A stretch of DNA of 63,830 nucleotides, filler included. It is 6 parts of 6 records of this genome, joined end to end, with 100 filler letters (N's around TTAATTAATTAA, not from the genome) between each part and the next. Parts side by side here need not be neighbours in the genome. Positions count along the whole stretch, not along the records: positions 29,320 to 36,398 come from SRR31147125_2674; positions 36,499 to 48,506 come from SRR31147125_2678; 4 more parts are not named here. The stretch is one strand, 5' to 3'. The notes beneath the pieces were generated by a model. It was given only the letters and a program-made list of their open reading frames with translations, was not told where the DNA came from and ran no database searches. The translations under genes were made by a program, and so were the position numbers. Positions 29,708 through 40,406 of this stretch are shown piece after piece. How positions within the stretch are numbered: position 1 is the first letter of the stretch; the number at the start of each line of letters is the position of its first letter.

Positions 29708-31201
29708 ATGAGAAAAATATGGATTAAAACAACATTTCTTTTGATTTTTCTGACATTTGTGCTCTTTTCATTTCACCTCAATGTTCAAGCCGAACCCAAA
29801 ACCCAGGCCTACGAACCGGAATGGGACTCTCTGATCCAGCACCCGACACCGGATTGGTTCAAGGATGCCAAATTCGGTATCTATTTTCACTGGGGTATCT
29901 ATTCCGTGCCCGGTTTCGGCAATGAATGGTACCCGCGAAACATGTATCGAAAGGATCATAACATTTTTAAGCATCATCGGGAAACCTATGGTCTACAGGA
30001 AGAGTTTGGCTACAAGGATTTTATTCCTGATTTCACAGCTGAGAAATTCAATGCCGATGAATGGATTGACCTGTTCGTCAAAGCGGGTGCCAAATTTGTC
30101 GGGCCGGTTGCTGAGCATCATGATGGTTTTGCCATGTGGGATAGTAAACTCACAGACTGGGATGCCGCTGATATGGGCCCGAAACAGGATATTGTCGGTG
30201 AATTGGCCACTGCTGCCCGCAAACGCGGATTGAAATTTATGACTTCTTTTCATCATGCCTACAACTGGAAATATTACGAACCAGCTTTTCAATATGATGC
30301 GAAAGATCCCCGTTACGCCGGCTTGTATGGATATCCCCACCCGCCTGGAACACCGGAATCCAAAGATTTTCTGGAAGACTGGCTGGGAAAAATTGTCGAG
30401 GTCATCGATAATTACCAGCCGGATTACATCTGGTTCGATTTTGGCTGGAAACAACCCACTTTTGAGCCGTATAAACGTGAGTTCCTGGCCTATTATTATA
30501 ACAAGGCAGAGGAATGGGGTAAAAACGTGGTTGTTTCCTATAAACACGATCATTTACCTGTTGGAGCAGGAACCCTGGATCTGGAACGAGGACGACTGGA
30601 TTCATTACGAAAAATATACTGGATCACAGATACATCTATTGATAAAAAATCCTGGTGCTATATCGATAATCCGGATTACAAGTCTGTCAATACAATGGTG
30701 GATAATATTATCGACCGTGTCAGTAAAAATGGTAACACATTGATGAATATCGCTCCTCGGCCTGATGGCACTATTCCAGAGAAACAGCAGGAACTGCTCC
30801 TGGGTATCGGTCAATGGCTGAACGTCAATGGCGAAGCGATTTATGGTACCCGCCACTGGTACAAATACGGCGAAGGTCCGACCCAGTTCAAAGGCGGCGG
30901 TTTTATTGATAAAAAAGCTATTGTCTATACGGCTCAGGATATACGTTATACAATGAAGGGCAAAACCTTGTTTGCTATTGCTCTGGATTGGCCGGGCACA
31001 GAAATAACCATCCAGGGCCTGAAAGAACTGGATGCGGCAAAAATAAAATCCGTAACTATGCTTGGTGTTAAAGGTGAACTGGAATGGGATCAGACAGCCA
31101 GCGGTCTGAATATTAAAACGCCAAATAAAAAACCATGCGAACATGCTTATTCGTTCAGGATCGTTTATGATGGACGATTACCCTGGAAATTTTCTGAATA
31201 A
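29708..31201 (+). CDS. Alpha-L-fucosidase (GH29), secreted
   Basis: WFKDAKFGIYFHWGIYSVP, EHHDGFAMWDS, IWFD, VSKNGNTLMNI. Confidence 0.93.
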   Translation: MRKIWIKTTFLLIFLTFVLFSFHLNVQAEPKTQAYEPEWDSLIQHPTPDWFKDAKFGIYFHWGIYSVPGFGNEWYPRNMYRKDHNIFKHHRETYGLQEEFGYKDFIPDFTAEKFNADEWIDLFVKAGAKFVGPVAEHHDGFAMWDSKLTDWDAADMGPKQDIVGELATAARKRGLKFMTSFHHAYNWKYYEPAFQYDAKDPRYAGLYGYPHPPGTPESKDFLEDWLGKIVEVIDNYQPDYIWFDFGWKQPTFEPYKREFLAYYYNKAEEWGKNVVVSYKHDHLPVGAGTLDLERGRLDSLRKIYWITDTSIDKKSWCYIDNPDYKSVNTMVDNIIDRVSKNGNTLMNIAPRPDGTIPEKQQELLLGIGQWLNVNGEAIYGTRHWYKYGEGPTQFKGGGFIDKKAIVYTAQDIRYTMKGKTLFAIALDWPGTEITIQGLKELDAAKIKSVTMLGVKGELEWDQTASGLNIKTPNKKPCEHAYSFRIVYDGRLPWKFSE

Positions 31202-31209
31202 GTGATTAT

Positions 31210-31251
31210 AAAAAAGCCTCCCCCAGTGGTCTTTGACTTCCGGGGGAGGTT
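31210..31251. terminator. Hairpin terminator between convergent genes
   Basis: GCCTCCCCC/GGGGGAGGT stem preceded by an A-run. Confidence 0.65.
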
Positions 31252-31255
31252 GCTA

Positions 31256-32941
31256 TCATTTTGATATTGTTACATTTGCAATTTCCCGATTTATATCCTT
31301 TCCTTCATAAAACCATACCCGTCCTTTAACTGATACACGTTGACCAACAGGAGCATTCGGCAATATTGGATCGGAATGAATACAGGGGCATCGGTGATTA
31401 CCCCAGGTTCGGCCGCAGTTTTCAAAAGCAACAAGTATCCAGCGATCACCGGTTTTTGATTTGACTGCGACAACAGGTGATTCGTACAGCTTGCGTTCAT
31501 CATTCTGTTCATTAAAGCCAGGAGCACCCTTGAGGAGCAGACAAACCTGCGTACGCAGATCAGTAAGCAAAGAATCACTGCCATTTTCCAGCCATAGCTC
31601 AAGAGAAACATGATCTTTGTGAGGTTCGACATCGGCGCCAAATTTAATGCCATTGGGTAAATTGCGCTGCATGTGCATCGTTCCATTCTCAGTGACTGTC
31701 CAATCCACATTTTTTATTGTTTTGTGAACATTATCCCAGATAGTCGGAATGTGAGTATGTGCGAGGAAAGTAAGGCCCAGATTACTAAAAATTGCCTCAG
31801 GAACATCCAGCACAACATATCCGCTATTTTCCCAGGGAGTGAAAATGCTGACTTTGGTTCCTCGCTGCGGAGAAATAGCTCCTTCCAGAAAGCCGATACG
31901 CGGATGCCTGCCGCCCGGGTAGGGAAGAACCTTGATCCGGCCTTGCTGATCCCTGTTCGATACGGTTTTGGATGTGAAATCATGTTCCTTCATGTATCTC
32001 TCAATTTCCTGTGAAGATAATCCGCAAACTTGTGATGCCTCATTAGTCGTGAAACCATGATCCAGCATCATGTTCTCCATCCAAAAGTCCAGATTCCGGC
32101 GTGTCTGTACAACCTCGACCGGTAATAATGCAGGGTGGCGTTCCTTTAAGACAGGATCATTGGGCACACCCCCGGCCGGGACATAGGCAGCTACATCTTT
32201 AAGCGAAATCACATTAAAATTGTTCACTTTCAGATAGGCCATATACTCTTTGAAGCGTTCTGCAGGTGTATGCACCCAGGGATGAACAGGATCTGGCACA
32301 CCATGAAACTGAACGACCGCTATTTTTCCGTCTTTTGCTTCAGCTACAACCTTTTTAAAATGGTCGAGAGTCCATTGGGGATAGGCATCTCCGGTTGTTG
32401 GAATGAGCAGTGGATGATGTTTTACAGGATCGTAGGCCGGTCCGATATGAATCTCGCCATAAGGCAATTCCGGCTGCATACCGCGTCTGGCATACTTGAT
32501 TCCTGCTTGCTCTAAAATTTCTCGTGCTTCAGGACCGAACGCATTGCCGGTCCAGGCAAAGCTGATCGGTTTAGGGATCCCCACCTCTTTTAATTTGTAA
32601 TCGATCAATGCCAGCTCACCAGCCAAAAGAGCCGCACTTGCTGGCGTGTTAAAACCACGGTGCGTCCAGGTATGGTTGCCGATCTCGAATCCCTGTTTGT
32701 GTAACTCGGCGACTTGTTCCCATGTCAAAAAGTGCTCTGTATCGCTCATCCATTTGTAACAAATAAAGAATGTGGCACCAAAACCATACTCTTTTAACAG
32801 CGGAGCCACAACCGTGAGATGGCTTTTAACCGCATCATCAAAGGTGAGGACAACGGTTTTATCCGGGACAGGCTCTTTTCCAATTACTTGTGCTCTAAAT
32901 GCAAATAGAAATAACAAGATGAATAATAAATTACGCTTCAT
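31256..32941 (-). CDS. Secreted polysaccharide deacetylase (CE4/NodB) fused to an unknown C-terminal domain
   Basis: Signal peptide, VVLTFDD, EIGNHTWTH, QFHGVPD; roughly 290 further residues unassigned. Confidence 0.75.
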   Translation of the reverse strand: MKRNLLFILLFLFAFRAQVIGKEPVPDKTVVLTFDDAVKSHLTVVAPLLKEYGFGATFFICYKWMSDTEHFLTWEQVAELHKQGFEIGNHTWTHRGFNTPASAALLAGELALIDYKLKEVGIPKPISFAWTGNAFGPEAREILEQAGIKYARRGMQPELPYGEIHIGPAYDPVKHHPLLIPTTGDAYPQWTLDHFKKVVAEAKDGKIAVVQFHGVPDPVHPWVHTPAERFKEYMAYLKVNNFNVISLKDVAAYVPAGGVPNDPVLKERHPALLPVEVVQTRRNLDFWMENMMLDHGFTTNEASQVCGLSSQEIERYMKEHDFTSKTVSNRDQQGRIKVLPYPGGRHPRIGFLEGAISPQRGTKVSIFTPWENSGYVVLDVPEAIFSNLGLTFLAHTHIPTIWDNVHKTIKNVDWTVTENGTMHMQRNLPNGIKFGADVEPHKDHVSLELWLENGSDSLLTDLRTQVCLLLKGAPGFNEQNDERKLYESPVVAVKSKTGDRWILVAFENCGRTWGNHRCPCIHSDPILPNAPVGQRVSVKGRVWFYEGKDINREIANVTISK

Positions 32942-32958
32942 TTCCGTATCCTTTTATT

Positions 32959-34952
32959 TTAATTGAAAATATCAATGGAATCAACAACAAGTCGGCCCTT
33001 TTTCCCTTCAAGAACCACGGCATGATAACCGGGCGGTAAATCGTAGGCCGTGAAAACGGGTTTGGAATTCGTACTGGACGATGCGTAAAGGTCGATTGAT
33101 CCTTTGAGCTCTCCATCGATCAATATGTTTACAGTGCCATACTCAGGTCTTTTGGGTGACCAGATCGTAAAGCCCTTACCATGATAATTCCATTTCACCC
33201 GTCCTCCTTGTGATTTATGCACGGCACCTGTCTTAAAGCGAAATTGGCTAGAGGTTGTTTCATCCCACTCCCTCAGACTTTGTCCCGCACCCAGCAATGC
33301 TTCTGTGTAGAGGAATGAAAATATAGCTGGTTTTGACGAATCAGACACAGCAAAAGAATGGACGTTTAAATAACTGTTTTCTCCTACAAGCAGTCCGATT
33401 TTACCAGGCAATCTCCGCCCTGATCCCTGCCAGAGAATGTTATTATCCAGGTTGACTACAAGTGTGTCCTGCAGCTTTTGATCGATTATAAGATGGTGTT
33501 CACTTTTTTTATCCTGTTTTCCGGAGGCGAGTTCATATGTTTTGCCACCTGTATCAATTCCTACAAGTTTCCAGTTATCCTTTTCAAGTTTCAGTCCCAG
33601 GTATTTGGTTAAAGAGAGAGGGTGGATGCTGGCATCACTTTTGGGCTTGTCCGGTCCGAGTGGTGCGTTATAGGCCCAGATAAAAGTGCCGGTACCGCTC
33701 AATGTAAATTTTGTATCGAGTTTAAAATCATTGTAATAATTCTTTAACAGTGTCAATGATGAACCGTGATGACCACTCAGGAAAAAGCCCTGTTTTCTGT
33801 AGGGTTTCTGCCATGGCCGGGAAGCCACATTAATTGTTCCCAGATTATCACTAGTACGACTTGGAAACATCACATGAAACTGGTCTTTACTATCAATAAA
33901 ACCTGAAAAGGTCTGTCCCCAGATGCCAAAATATTCGTGTGGCACGTCAATCGCATGCCAGACTGAACCATGCTGATAAATTTTCCATTCTTCCGGCTCC
34001 ATTGCTTTTTCAACAGGAACTCTTTGAATCATTTGAAAATTCCGGTTCAACGCCACAGATGTAGAAGGAGCATAGATCCAGCCTTTATGGACGAAAGACG
34101 GAAAGTATTCCATTAATGGTGGCTGATATGTGTTTCCTTCCACATGAAAGAGAGGAACCGGTTTGCTGTAAGGTCCTTCCGGTTTATCTGCTGTTGATCC
34201 AATAAGACCCCAGGCAAAATGGTGCCCCGAGTCCATTATCGTTAAAAGCAACCAGTCATTTTTACGACGAACAAGAGTGGATGCGTAATAACGATCGTAT
34301 TTTTGAAAATGGCATCTTTGAATGGATGACCGTTTCGAATCAGGGGCTCCTCAACGCGGTGATAGGGCCCTTCCGGGCGATCGCTCCAGGCATATCCCAC
34401 ACCGGATTTACCCATTTTAATATTACTCCAATCCGAATCAGAGGTTGCCCAATCATAAACCAAATGATAGCGACCATCACTGTATACAACAGATACATCA
34501 GGCGCATACTGGACAGGAGAGGAATCTCCCTTAAAATAAAACGAGTCCTCTTGAAAGACCGACCCCAGATCTTCCCAGTTCTTGCCATGGTCTTGAGAAC
34601 GAAAGACCGTGCACACACTCTTTTTACCAGGACCATGGGCGTAACCTCTGGCATAGTTCCCGACAAAGATGAACCAGCTCCCACTGACCGGATCATTGAA
34701 AAAGAAACCATTCACCGGCCACTCCAGAGGCGCTTCACCGCGATGGATCGGGTTTTCCCCATACCTTTCAAAGGTATCAAAAGATGGATCACCGATTACA
34801 GAGTGATGAAGCCAGGAATTGATGTATTCGCTCCTTGCGTAGTCAATCATGTGTCGGTTTTGCTCGGTTTCGCTGCAGGACAAAATCATCACCAGAAAAA
34901 GTAAAAGAAAAAAAGTTTTATCACGATTTGTTTCTGTACAAGGTTCATCCAT
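32959..34952 (-). CDS. Lipoprotein beta-propeller glycoside hydrolase-like protein (GH43/GH32 clan-like); frameshift at about 34300
   Basis: Lipobox ILSC, YAPDVSVVY..GRYHL, repeated S/ADxPEGPY. One added A joins the two ORFs (FKKYDRYYASTL). Confidence 0.6.
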
Positions 34953-34989
34953 TTTCTCCTGATTACAAATGTATGCACTGATTTATTTG

Positions 34990-36252
34990 CTATTCCTCAA
35001 CTCTGAATAGTCTACCGTCACCCGGATTCAGCTGGATTGAAATAGTTTTATTTGAGGGTGATATAACAGGTGAATCTTTACCACCATTTTTACTAATCTC
35101 TGTCAATCCCTTCATATTATTTTTAATAGCCAATTTTACATCTCCGGCTTTTTCATAGTCTCTGCTGGTTAACATCAGGTATTTTCTGTTTTGTGGATCT
35201 TTGAAATAGCCAAAAACCACAGGATAATCGGAGACCTGCTTTAAAATAAAATTATCCGGGATGCCATTTGTACCCTGTGGTAAGGGTGTTGAATGGTAGA
35301 CTGCAATGGATTCAAGGTTTAGTAAAGTGGGAGCCAGAGCATGAATTTCCATATTCACGCGTTTTGCTATATCATAGAGGTATGTTTTTTGACCATTATC
35401 ATCCAGAATGGCTATCGTAAAATTTTCTCTGTCAGAATGCGGCAAGCCATAGGTAAAGTATTGAATCCCTTTTGCTCCGTACGCCAGATCCGTGAAGACC
35501 TGCAACCTGATCCAGGACTCCTTTGGTTCCGGATAAGCAGGATCAATGGCACAGGTCATTGTGAATGCCCAGAAAGGTATGTTGTGTGCCAGGGCTGCTG
35601 TACGAATTTTTTCCATATTCTCATAATATGTGGGACGAAAGCCTTTGTTTGTGAAAGGATAATGGTCATAGGACAGTATTTTTGGTTGAAAATAAGTAAT
35701 AAATTCTTCAACATGGTCCTCATAAGTGGGTGTTCCCAATCTTTCCGGTGTCACGATATCCGGCAACAGGTTGCTGTAAATGACATGCCCGGAATCCTGA
35801 GTTTCGATCTGTTCCCTGATTTTGCCCAGGTTAGGAAAAAGTTCGGCTCCGGCTTCATCGCGAACGTAATAACCAAATAATGCCGGATGGTCTTTAAAAT
35901 CAGCTATCACTGCATCGATTTTTTTCAATGCGTCCGCATCCACAGGCTTATTTGGTTGTATACGACTGTCGCCAATGAGCAATTTAACACCCACCTGTTG
36001 TGCCAGATCCAACGCATTTTTATTGGTCTCATAATCAAAAACATGAGAGAAATTGATGTTAAATCCTGCATCTGCCAGGTCCTGGAAATGTTGCGCATCA
36101 AAATGTTCCGCCCGCAATCCAAACCAGGTCATAATGGGAAATTTAGTATGTGCCGGTGATTTTTGTTCTGTTGCTTTCTGCTGGCAGCCAAAAACGGTCA
36201 TGAAGACGAATAGGATAGCTGTTAAGCGTAGTATGTTTTTTCGAATATTCAT
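34990..36252 (-). CDS. Lipoprotein, putative TIM-barrel glycoside hydrolase
   Basis: Lipobox VFGC, HPALFGYYVRDE, LSYDHYPF, LAYGAKGIQYFTY. Confidence 0.6.
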   Translation of the reverse strand: MNIRKNILRLTAILFVFMTVFGCQQKATEQKSPAHTKFPIMTWFGLRAEHFDAQHFQDLADAGFNINFSHVFDYETNKNALDLAQQVGVKLLIGDSRIQPNKPVDADALKKIDAVIADFKDHPALFGYYVRDEAGAELFPNLGKIREQIETQDSGHVIYSNLLPDIVTPERLGTPTYEDHVEEFITYFQPKILSYDHYPFTNKGFRPTYYENMEKIRTAALAHNIPFWAFTMTCAIDPAYPEPKESWIRLQVFTDLAYGAKGIQYFTYGLPHSDRENFTIAILDDNGQKTYLYDIAKRVNMEIHALAPTLLNLESIAVYHSTPLPQGTNGIPDNFILKQVSDYPVVFGYFKDPQNRKYLMLTSRDYEKAGDVKLAIKNNMKGLTEISKNGGKDSPVISPSNKTISIQLNPGDGRLFRVEE

Positions 36253-36398
36253 ACTATTTTTCCTTTCATTAGGGTGTTGTTAAACGCTCAGATTTCTGGA
36301 AATATTACGATCACACTTTTGCAGGCAATGACTCTAATCAAATATTAAATTTGTATTCTATTACTTTTACAATCCCGGCCCAAAAGTCCCCCTTGGCC

Positions 36399-36498
36399 NN
36401 NNNNNNNNNNNNNNNNNNNNNNNNNNNNNNNNNNNNNNNNNNTTAATTAATTAANNNNNNNNNNNNNNNNNNNNNNNNNNNNNNNNNNNNNNNNNNNN
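36399..36498. other. Artificial contig-joining spacer
   Basis: N44-TTAATTAATTAA-N44. Confidence 0.98.
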
Positions 36499-37096
36499 TT
36501 TTTCTTGGGCTGTGCTCGGCAGCATAAACGATATTGATACAATCACCTTTGCTAATATCTTTATAATACGAATATTTTTGTGTATCAAGTCCCATACCAT
36601 GGACAAAAAAACTATCTGACTTACTTAGCCTTAGCGATTCAACATAGTCTTTATCTGCTTTATTCATTGTAATGATATGATTGGTTTTTGATCTTAATAG
36701 TTTCTCGACAGAGATATACACTATGTTTTTGAAAAATGGCACATTAGCATCAAAAAAATAACCATGGCAAAGATTAATAACCTTTGTGGTCTTAACAAGT
36801 TTTTTAGGCAGGGCAAGCCTAACTAAAGCAGCAGTTAGGGATGTGTTTAAGTATATATAATCATACTTATTTTTAGATAATATTTCACGAATAGATTTTA
36901 CAACCGAAAAGTTTTTAGGGCTTGTAATGCTTTTTTCAAAATTCACATTATAAAACTGATTATTAGGAAAATCGTTTTTATCACCTTTAGAAAGAATATC
37001 TACAGATACACCCATATCCTCAATCATTTTAATATACGGTTTATGGAAATGCATCATATGTCTGTTGTTTGAAGCACAGTATAAAAGCTTTTTCAA
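36499..37096 (-). CDS. GT4 glycosyltransferase, 3'-truncated
   Basis: HFHKPYI, CHGYFF, IITMN, HGMGLD. Confidence 0.8.
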
Positions 37097-37219
37097 TTAT
37101 TTTCTCCTAGTTTACGTTTACATATTGTAATAATACATAAACCAAAGTAGATTTTCAAGTTGTTTACAGTATAATTATATGTTAAAATTTTTACAAACAC
37201 CAAAACGGAGGTTCGAAGA

Positions 37220-38149
37220 TTGAAATTCTTAGTAGGATATACTGGCTTTGTAGGATCCAACATAAACAAACAAGCAGATTTTGATGGCGTTTTTAATTCA
37301 AAAAACTATAAGCAAGCATTTGGGAAGAATCCCGACTTTTTGATTTATTCAGGAATTCCAGCACAAAAATTCATTGCAAATAAATTCCCGCAGCAGGATA
37401 TGGAGCTTATAGAAAATGCTATAGATAGCATAAAAAAAATAGCTCCAAAGACATTGGTTTTAATATCTACTATTGATGTATATAAAGATGCATGCGATGT
37501 TTTTGAAACATCAAAAATTGACACTGATGATTTACATGCGTATGGACTTAATAGATTTAAGTTGGAACAATGGGTTTTGAATAATAAAGATATGTTTGAA
37601 AAAGTTCTTATAGTAAGGTTGCCTGGTCTTTATGGTGACAATTTAAAGAAGAATTTTATCTATGACCTTATTAATATAATACCTTCTATGTTAAATGAGG
37701 CGAAGTACAATGAACTATCTCCAAAATCTGATCTGATTAAGCAAAACTACATTTTGCAGGATAATGGTTTTTATAAATGTGAAGCGACTGATAAAGAAAC
37801 GATTGATATGTTGAAAGATGTATTTAAAAGTCTTGGGTTTACTGCGCTAAACTTTACAGATAGCCGAGCAAGCTTTCAATTTTACAATTTAAAATACTTA
37901 TATAAACATATTCAAGTTGCACTGGAAAACAATATTGAGCTTTTAAATATAGCAACAGAACCCGTTACAACACAAGAGATTTATTCGCTTGTAAATGACG
38001 ACGATTTTGTAAATGAGCTGGATAGACCTGTACCTAATTATGATTTTAAAACTGTACATGATAAAACTTTTGGTGGCAAAGATGGCTACTTAAAAGACAA
38101 AAATCAAGTATTGAATGATATTAAAGAATATATAAAGGAGAATTTATAA
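37220..38149 (+). CDS. NAD-dependent epimerase/dehydratase-like protein
   Basis: VGYTGFVGSN, LISTIDVY, YGLNR, VRLPGLYG. Confidence 0.8.
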   Translation: MKFLVGYTGFVGSNINKQADFDGVFNSKNYKQAFGKNPDFLIYSGIPAQKFIANKFPQQDMELIENAIDSIKKIAPKTLVLISTIDVYKDACDVFETSKIDTDDLHAYGLNRFKLEQWVLNNKDMFEKVLIVRLPGLYGDNLKKNFIYDLINIIPSMLNEAKYNELSPKSDLIKQNYILQDNGFYKCEATDKETIDMLKDVFKSLGFTALNFTDSRASFQFYNLKYLYKHIQVALENNIELLNIATEPVTTQEIYSLVNDDDFVNELDRPVPNYDFKTVHDKTFGGKDGYLKDKNQVLNDIKEYIKENL

Positions 38150-38150
38150 T

Positions 38151-38936
38151 TTGAAACTTTCAATTTCTAATATAGCATGGGAAAATGCTTTAGATGACAA
38201 CATGTACGACTATATAAAAGATGCTGGTTTTAGTGGAGTAGAAATTGCACCTACTAGAGTTATACAAGAAAACCCATATGATAACCTTGATAAAGCTAAA
38301 GCTTTTAAAAATATGATGGATGAAAAAGGGCTTGAAATATCCTCCATGCAATCTATCTGGTTTAAGAGAAGCGAGAGAATATTTTATGAACAAGATGAAA
38401 GAAGTGTTGCTATTGATTATACTAAAAAGTCAATAGATTTTGCTGATATATTGGGCTGTAAAAACCTAGTGTTTGGATGTCCTAAAAACAGAAGTTTTGA
38501 AAATGAAGAGGATATAGAAAAGGGTCTTGAATTTTTTGAAGTAGTTGGCGCTTATGCAAAAGAGAAAGGGACAGTTTTTGCATTAGAACCAAACCCTACG
38601 ATTTATAATACAAATTTTATCAATACATCCAAGCAAGCTTTTGACTTTGTGAAAAAGTATAATTTTGATGGATTAATGGTAAACCTTGACTTTGGTACAA
38701 TTGTACAAAACAAAGAGGATTTGTCGACAGTTAAAGAAAATTTAAATCTTATAAACCATGTACATATCAGTGAACCTTTTTTAGAAAAAATAGAGCATAG
38801 AAAAGAGCATAATGAGCTTTGCGCTATGCTTAATGATGGTGCTTACAATGGATATGTTTCGATTGAGATGAAGAATCTTGGGGACATTGATATAGTTAAA
38901 TCGACAATGGAATATATTAAAGGAGTATTTGCTTGA
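38151..38936 (+). CDS. Sugar phosphate isomerase/epimerase (xylose isomerase-like TIM barrel)
   Basis: SISNIAW, GVEIAP, VFGCPKNR, LEPNP, HVHISEP, SIEM. Confidence 0.85.
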   Translation: MKLSISNIAWENALDDNMYDYIKDAGFSGVEIAPTRVIQENPYDNLDKAKAFKNMMDEKGLEISSMQSIWFKRSERIFYEQDERSVAIDYTKKSIDFADILGCKNLVFGCPKNRSFENEEDIEKGLEFFEVVGAYAKEKGTVFALEPNPTIYNTNFINTSKQAFDFVKKYNFDGLMVNLDFGTIVQNKEDLSTVKENLNLINHVHISEPFLEKIEHRKEHNELCAMLNDGAYNGYVSIEMKNLGDIDIVKSTMEYIKGVFA

Positions 38937-39726
38937 AGTATAAAGAAATAGATGGAGTTCCAAATTTTGAGTGTTATGAATTTGATGAAAAAAGCAGTGA
39001 TTACTGTCTTTTGATACCTATTATTAACGAAGGTGAACGTATAGCTAAAGAGCTTAAAAGGGCTCAAGAAGCAGGTGTGGATAAGATATGTGATATTATT
39101 ATATGTGATGGTGATTCTACTGACGGCTGTACACACCATGATCAACTAAAAGAACTTGGAGTCAATACGCTTCTTGTAAAGAAGGATGCTGGCAAACAAG
39201 GTGCGCAGTTTAGAATGGGTCTTTACTTTGCTAAGATACGAGAATACAAAGGCGTTGTTACAATAGATGGTAACAACAAGGATAGTATTGAAAGTGTTGA
39301 TGCATTTGTAGAAAAACTTGAGCAAGGATACGATTTTATTCAAGGCTCAAGATATGTTGAGGGTGGACAAGGCATTAATACTCCGCTTTCACGTCATATT
39401 GCCGTAAAACTTATTCATGCTCCAGTTATTTCATTAATAGCGGGAAAGAGGTTTACTGATACGACAAATGCCTTTAGAGGATATTCTAAAAAATATTTAG
39501 AGCATAATAGTGTAAAGCCGTTGCGTGATATTTTTGTTACATATGAACTTTTGGCATACCTTTCTGTTAAGGCAAGTAAGCTAAAATTAAAGACATGTGA
39601 AATCCCTGTTGTAAGAAAGTACCCAAAAAAAGGAAAACACCCACTAAGATCAGTCCAATAAGAGGCAACTTTAATTTGCTAAAGATTTTATTTGAGCTTG
39701 CAAGTGGAAAATATGATGTCAAATAA
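38933..39726 (+). CDS. GT2 polyprenol-phosphate glycosyltransferase (DPM-like); frameshift near 39633
   Basis: IPIINEG, DGDSTDG, IDGNNKD, QGSRY, TDTTNAFRGYS. One added A restores KTPTKISP..GKYDVK*. Confidence 0.85.
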
Positions 39727-39864
39727 TTAAACGAATGATTAAATATCTGTTAACAGTTGTATTAACTTAGAAAAAAATACAAGAATCTAGTTATAATAGA
39801 ATATGTTACATATAAGTGTTTAGCTAGTTTGTTGTACTATAATAAACTTTATGAGGTAAGACGA

Positions 39865-40383
39865 ATGATATTATCAGGATTAGAGATAAAGAAACAAATG
39901 GGTAAGAAGATTTTTATTGATCCATATGATGAAAGTATGCTTAACCCAAACAGTTACAACTTACATTTGCATAATGAGCTATTAGTTTATGACGACAATG
40001 TTTTAGATATGAAGAAGAAAAACGAAGCTCATAAATTAATGATACCAGAAGAAGGCTTAAGACTTGAACCAGGTGAGCTTTATCTTGGAAGAACAGCAGA
40101 AAAGACATATACCGAATCTTATGTGCCAATGCTTGAGGGTAGATCTTCTGTAGGTAGGCTTGGACTGTTTATACATGTAACAGCAGGTTTTGGTGATGTT
40201 GGTTTTGATGGTTTTTGGACTTTGGAAATTCAATGTATTAAGCCAATTATAATATATCCAAATATAGAAATTTGCCAAATATACTTTCATAGTATATTAG
40301 GCGATTTTGAAACATATGAGAGTAATAAGTATCAAAACAATACTGGGATACAAACAAGTAAACTGTATAAGGATTTCGAATAA
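39865..40383 (+). CDS. dcd: dCTP deaminase
   Basis: MILSG, NPNSYNL, EGRSSVGRLG, AGFGDVGF, TLEI. Confidence 0.92.
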   Translation: MILSGLEIKKQMGKKIFIDPYDESMLNPNSYNLHLHNELLVYDDNVLDMKKKNEAHKLMIPEEGLRLEPGELYLGRTAEKTYTESYVPMLEGRSSVGRLGLFIHVTAGFGDVGFDGFWTLEIQCIKPIIIYPNIEICQIYFHSILGDFETYESNKYQNNTGIQTSKLYKDFE

Positions 40384-40406
40384 AAATTTAGAATTTTGGA
40401 GGTAGT

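Noticed and set aside
29768-36283. Numerous 60-207 aa alternate-frame and antisense ORFs
   Set aside because: Shadow ORFs of well-supported genes, with no motifs.
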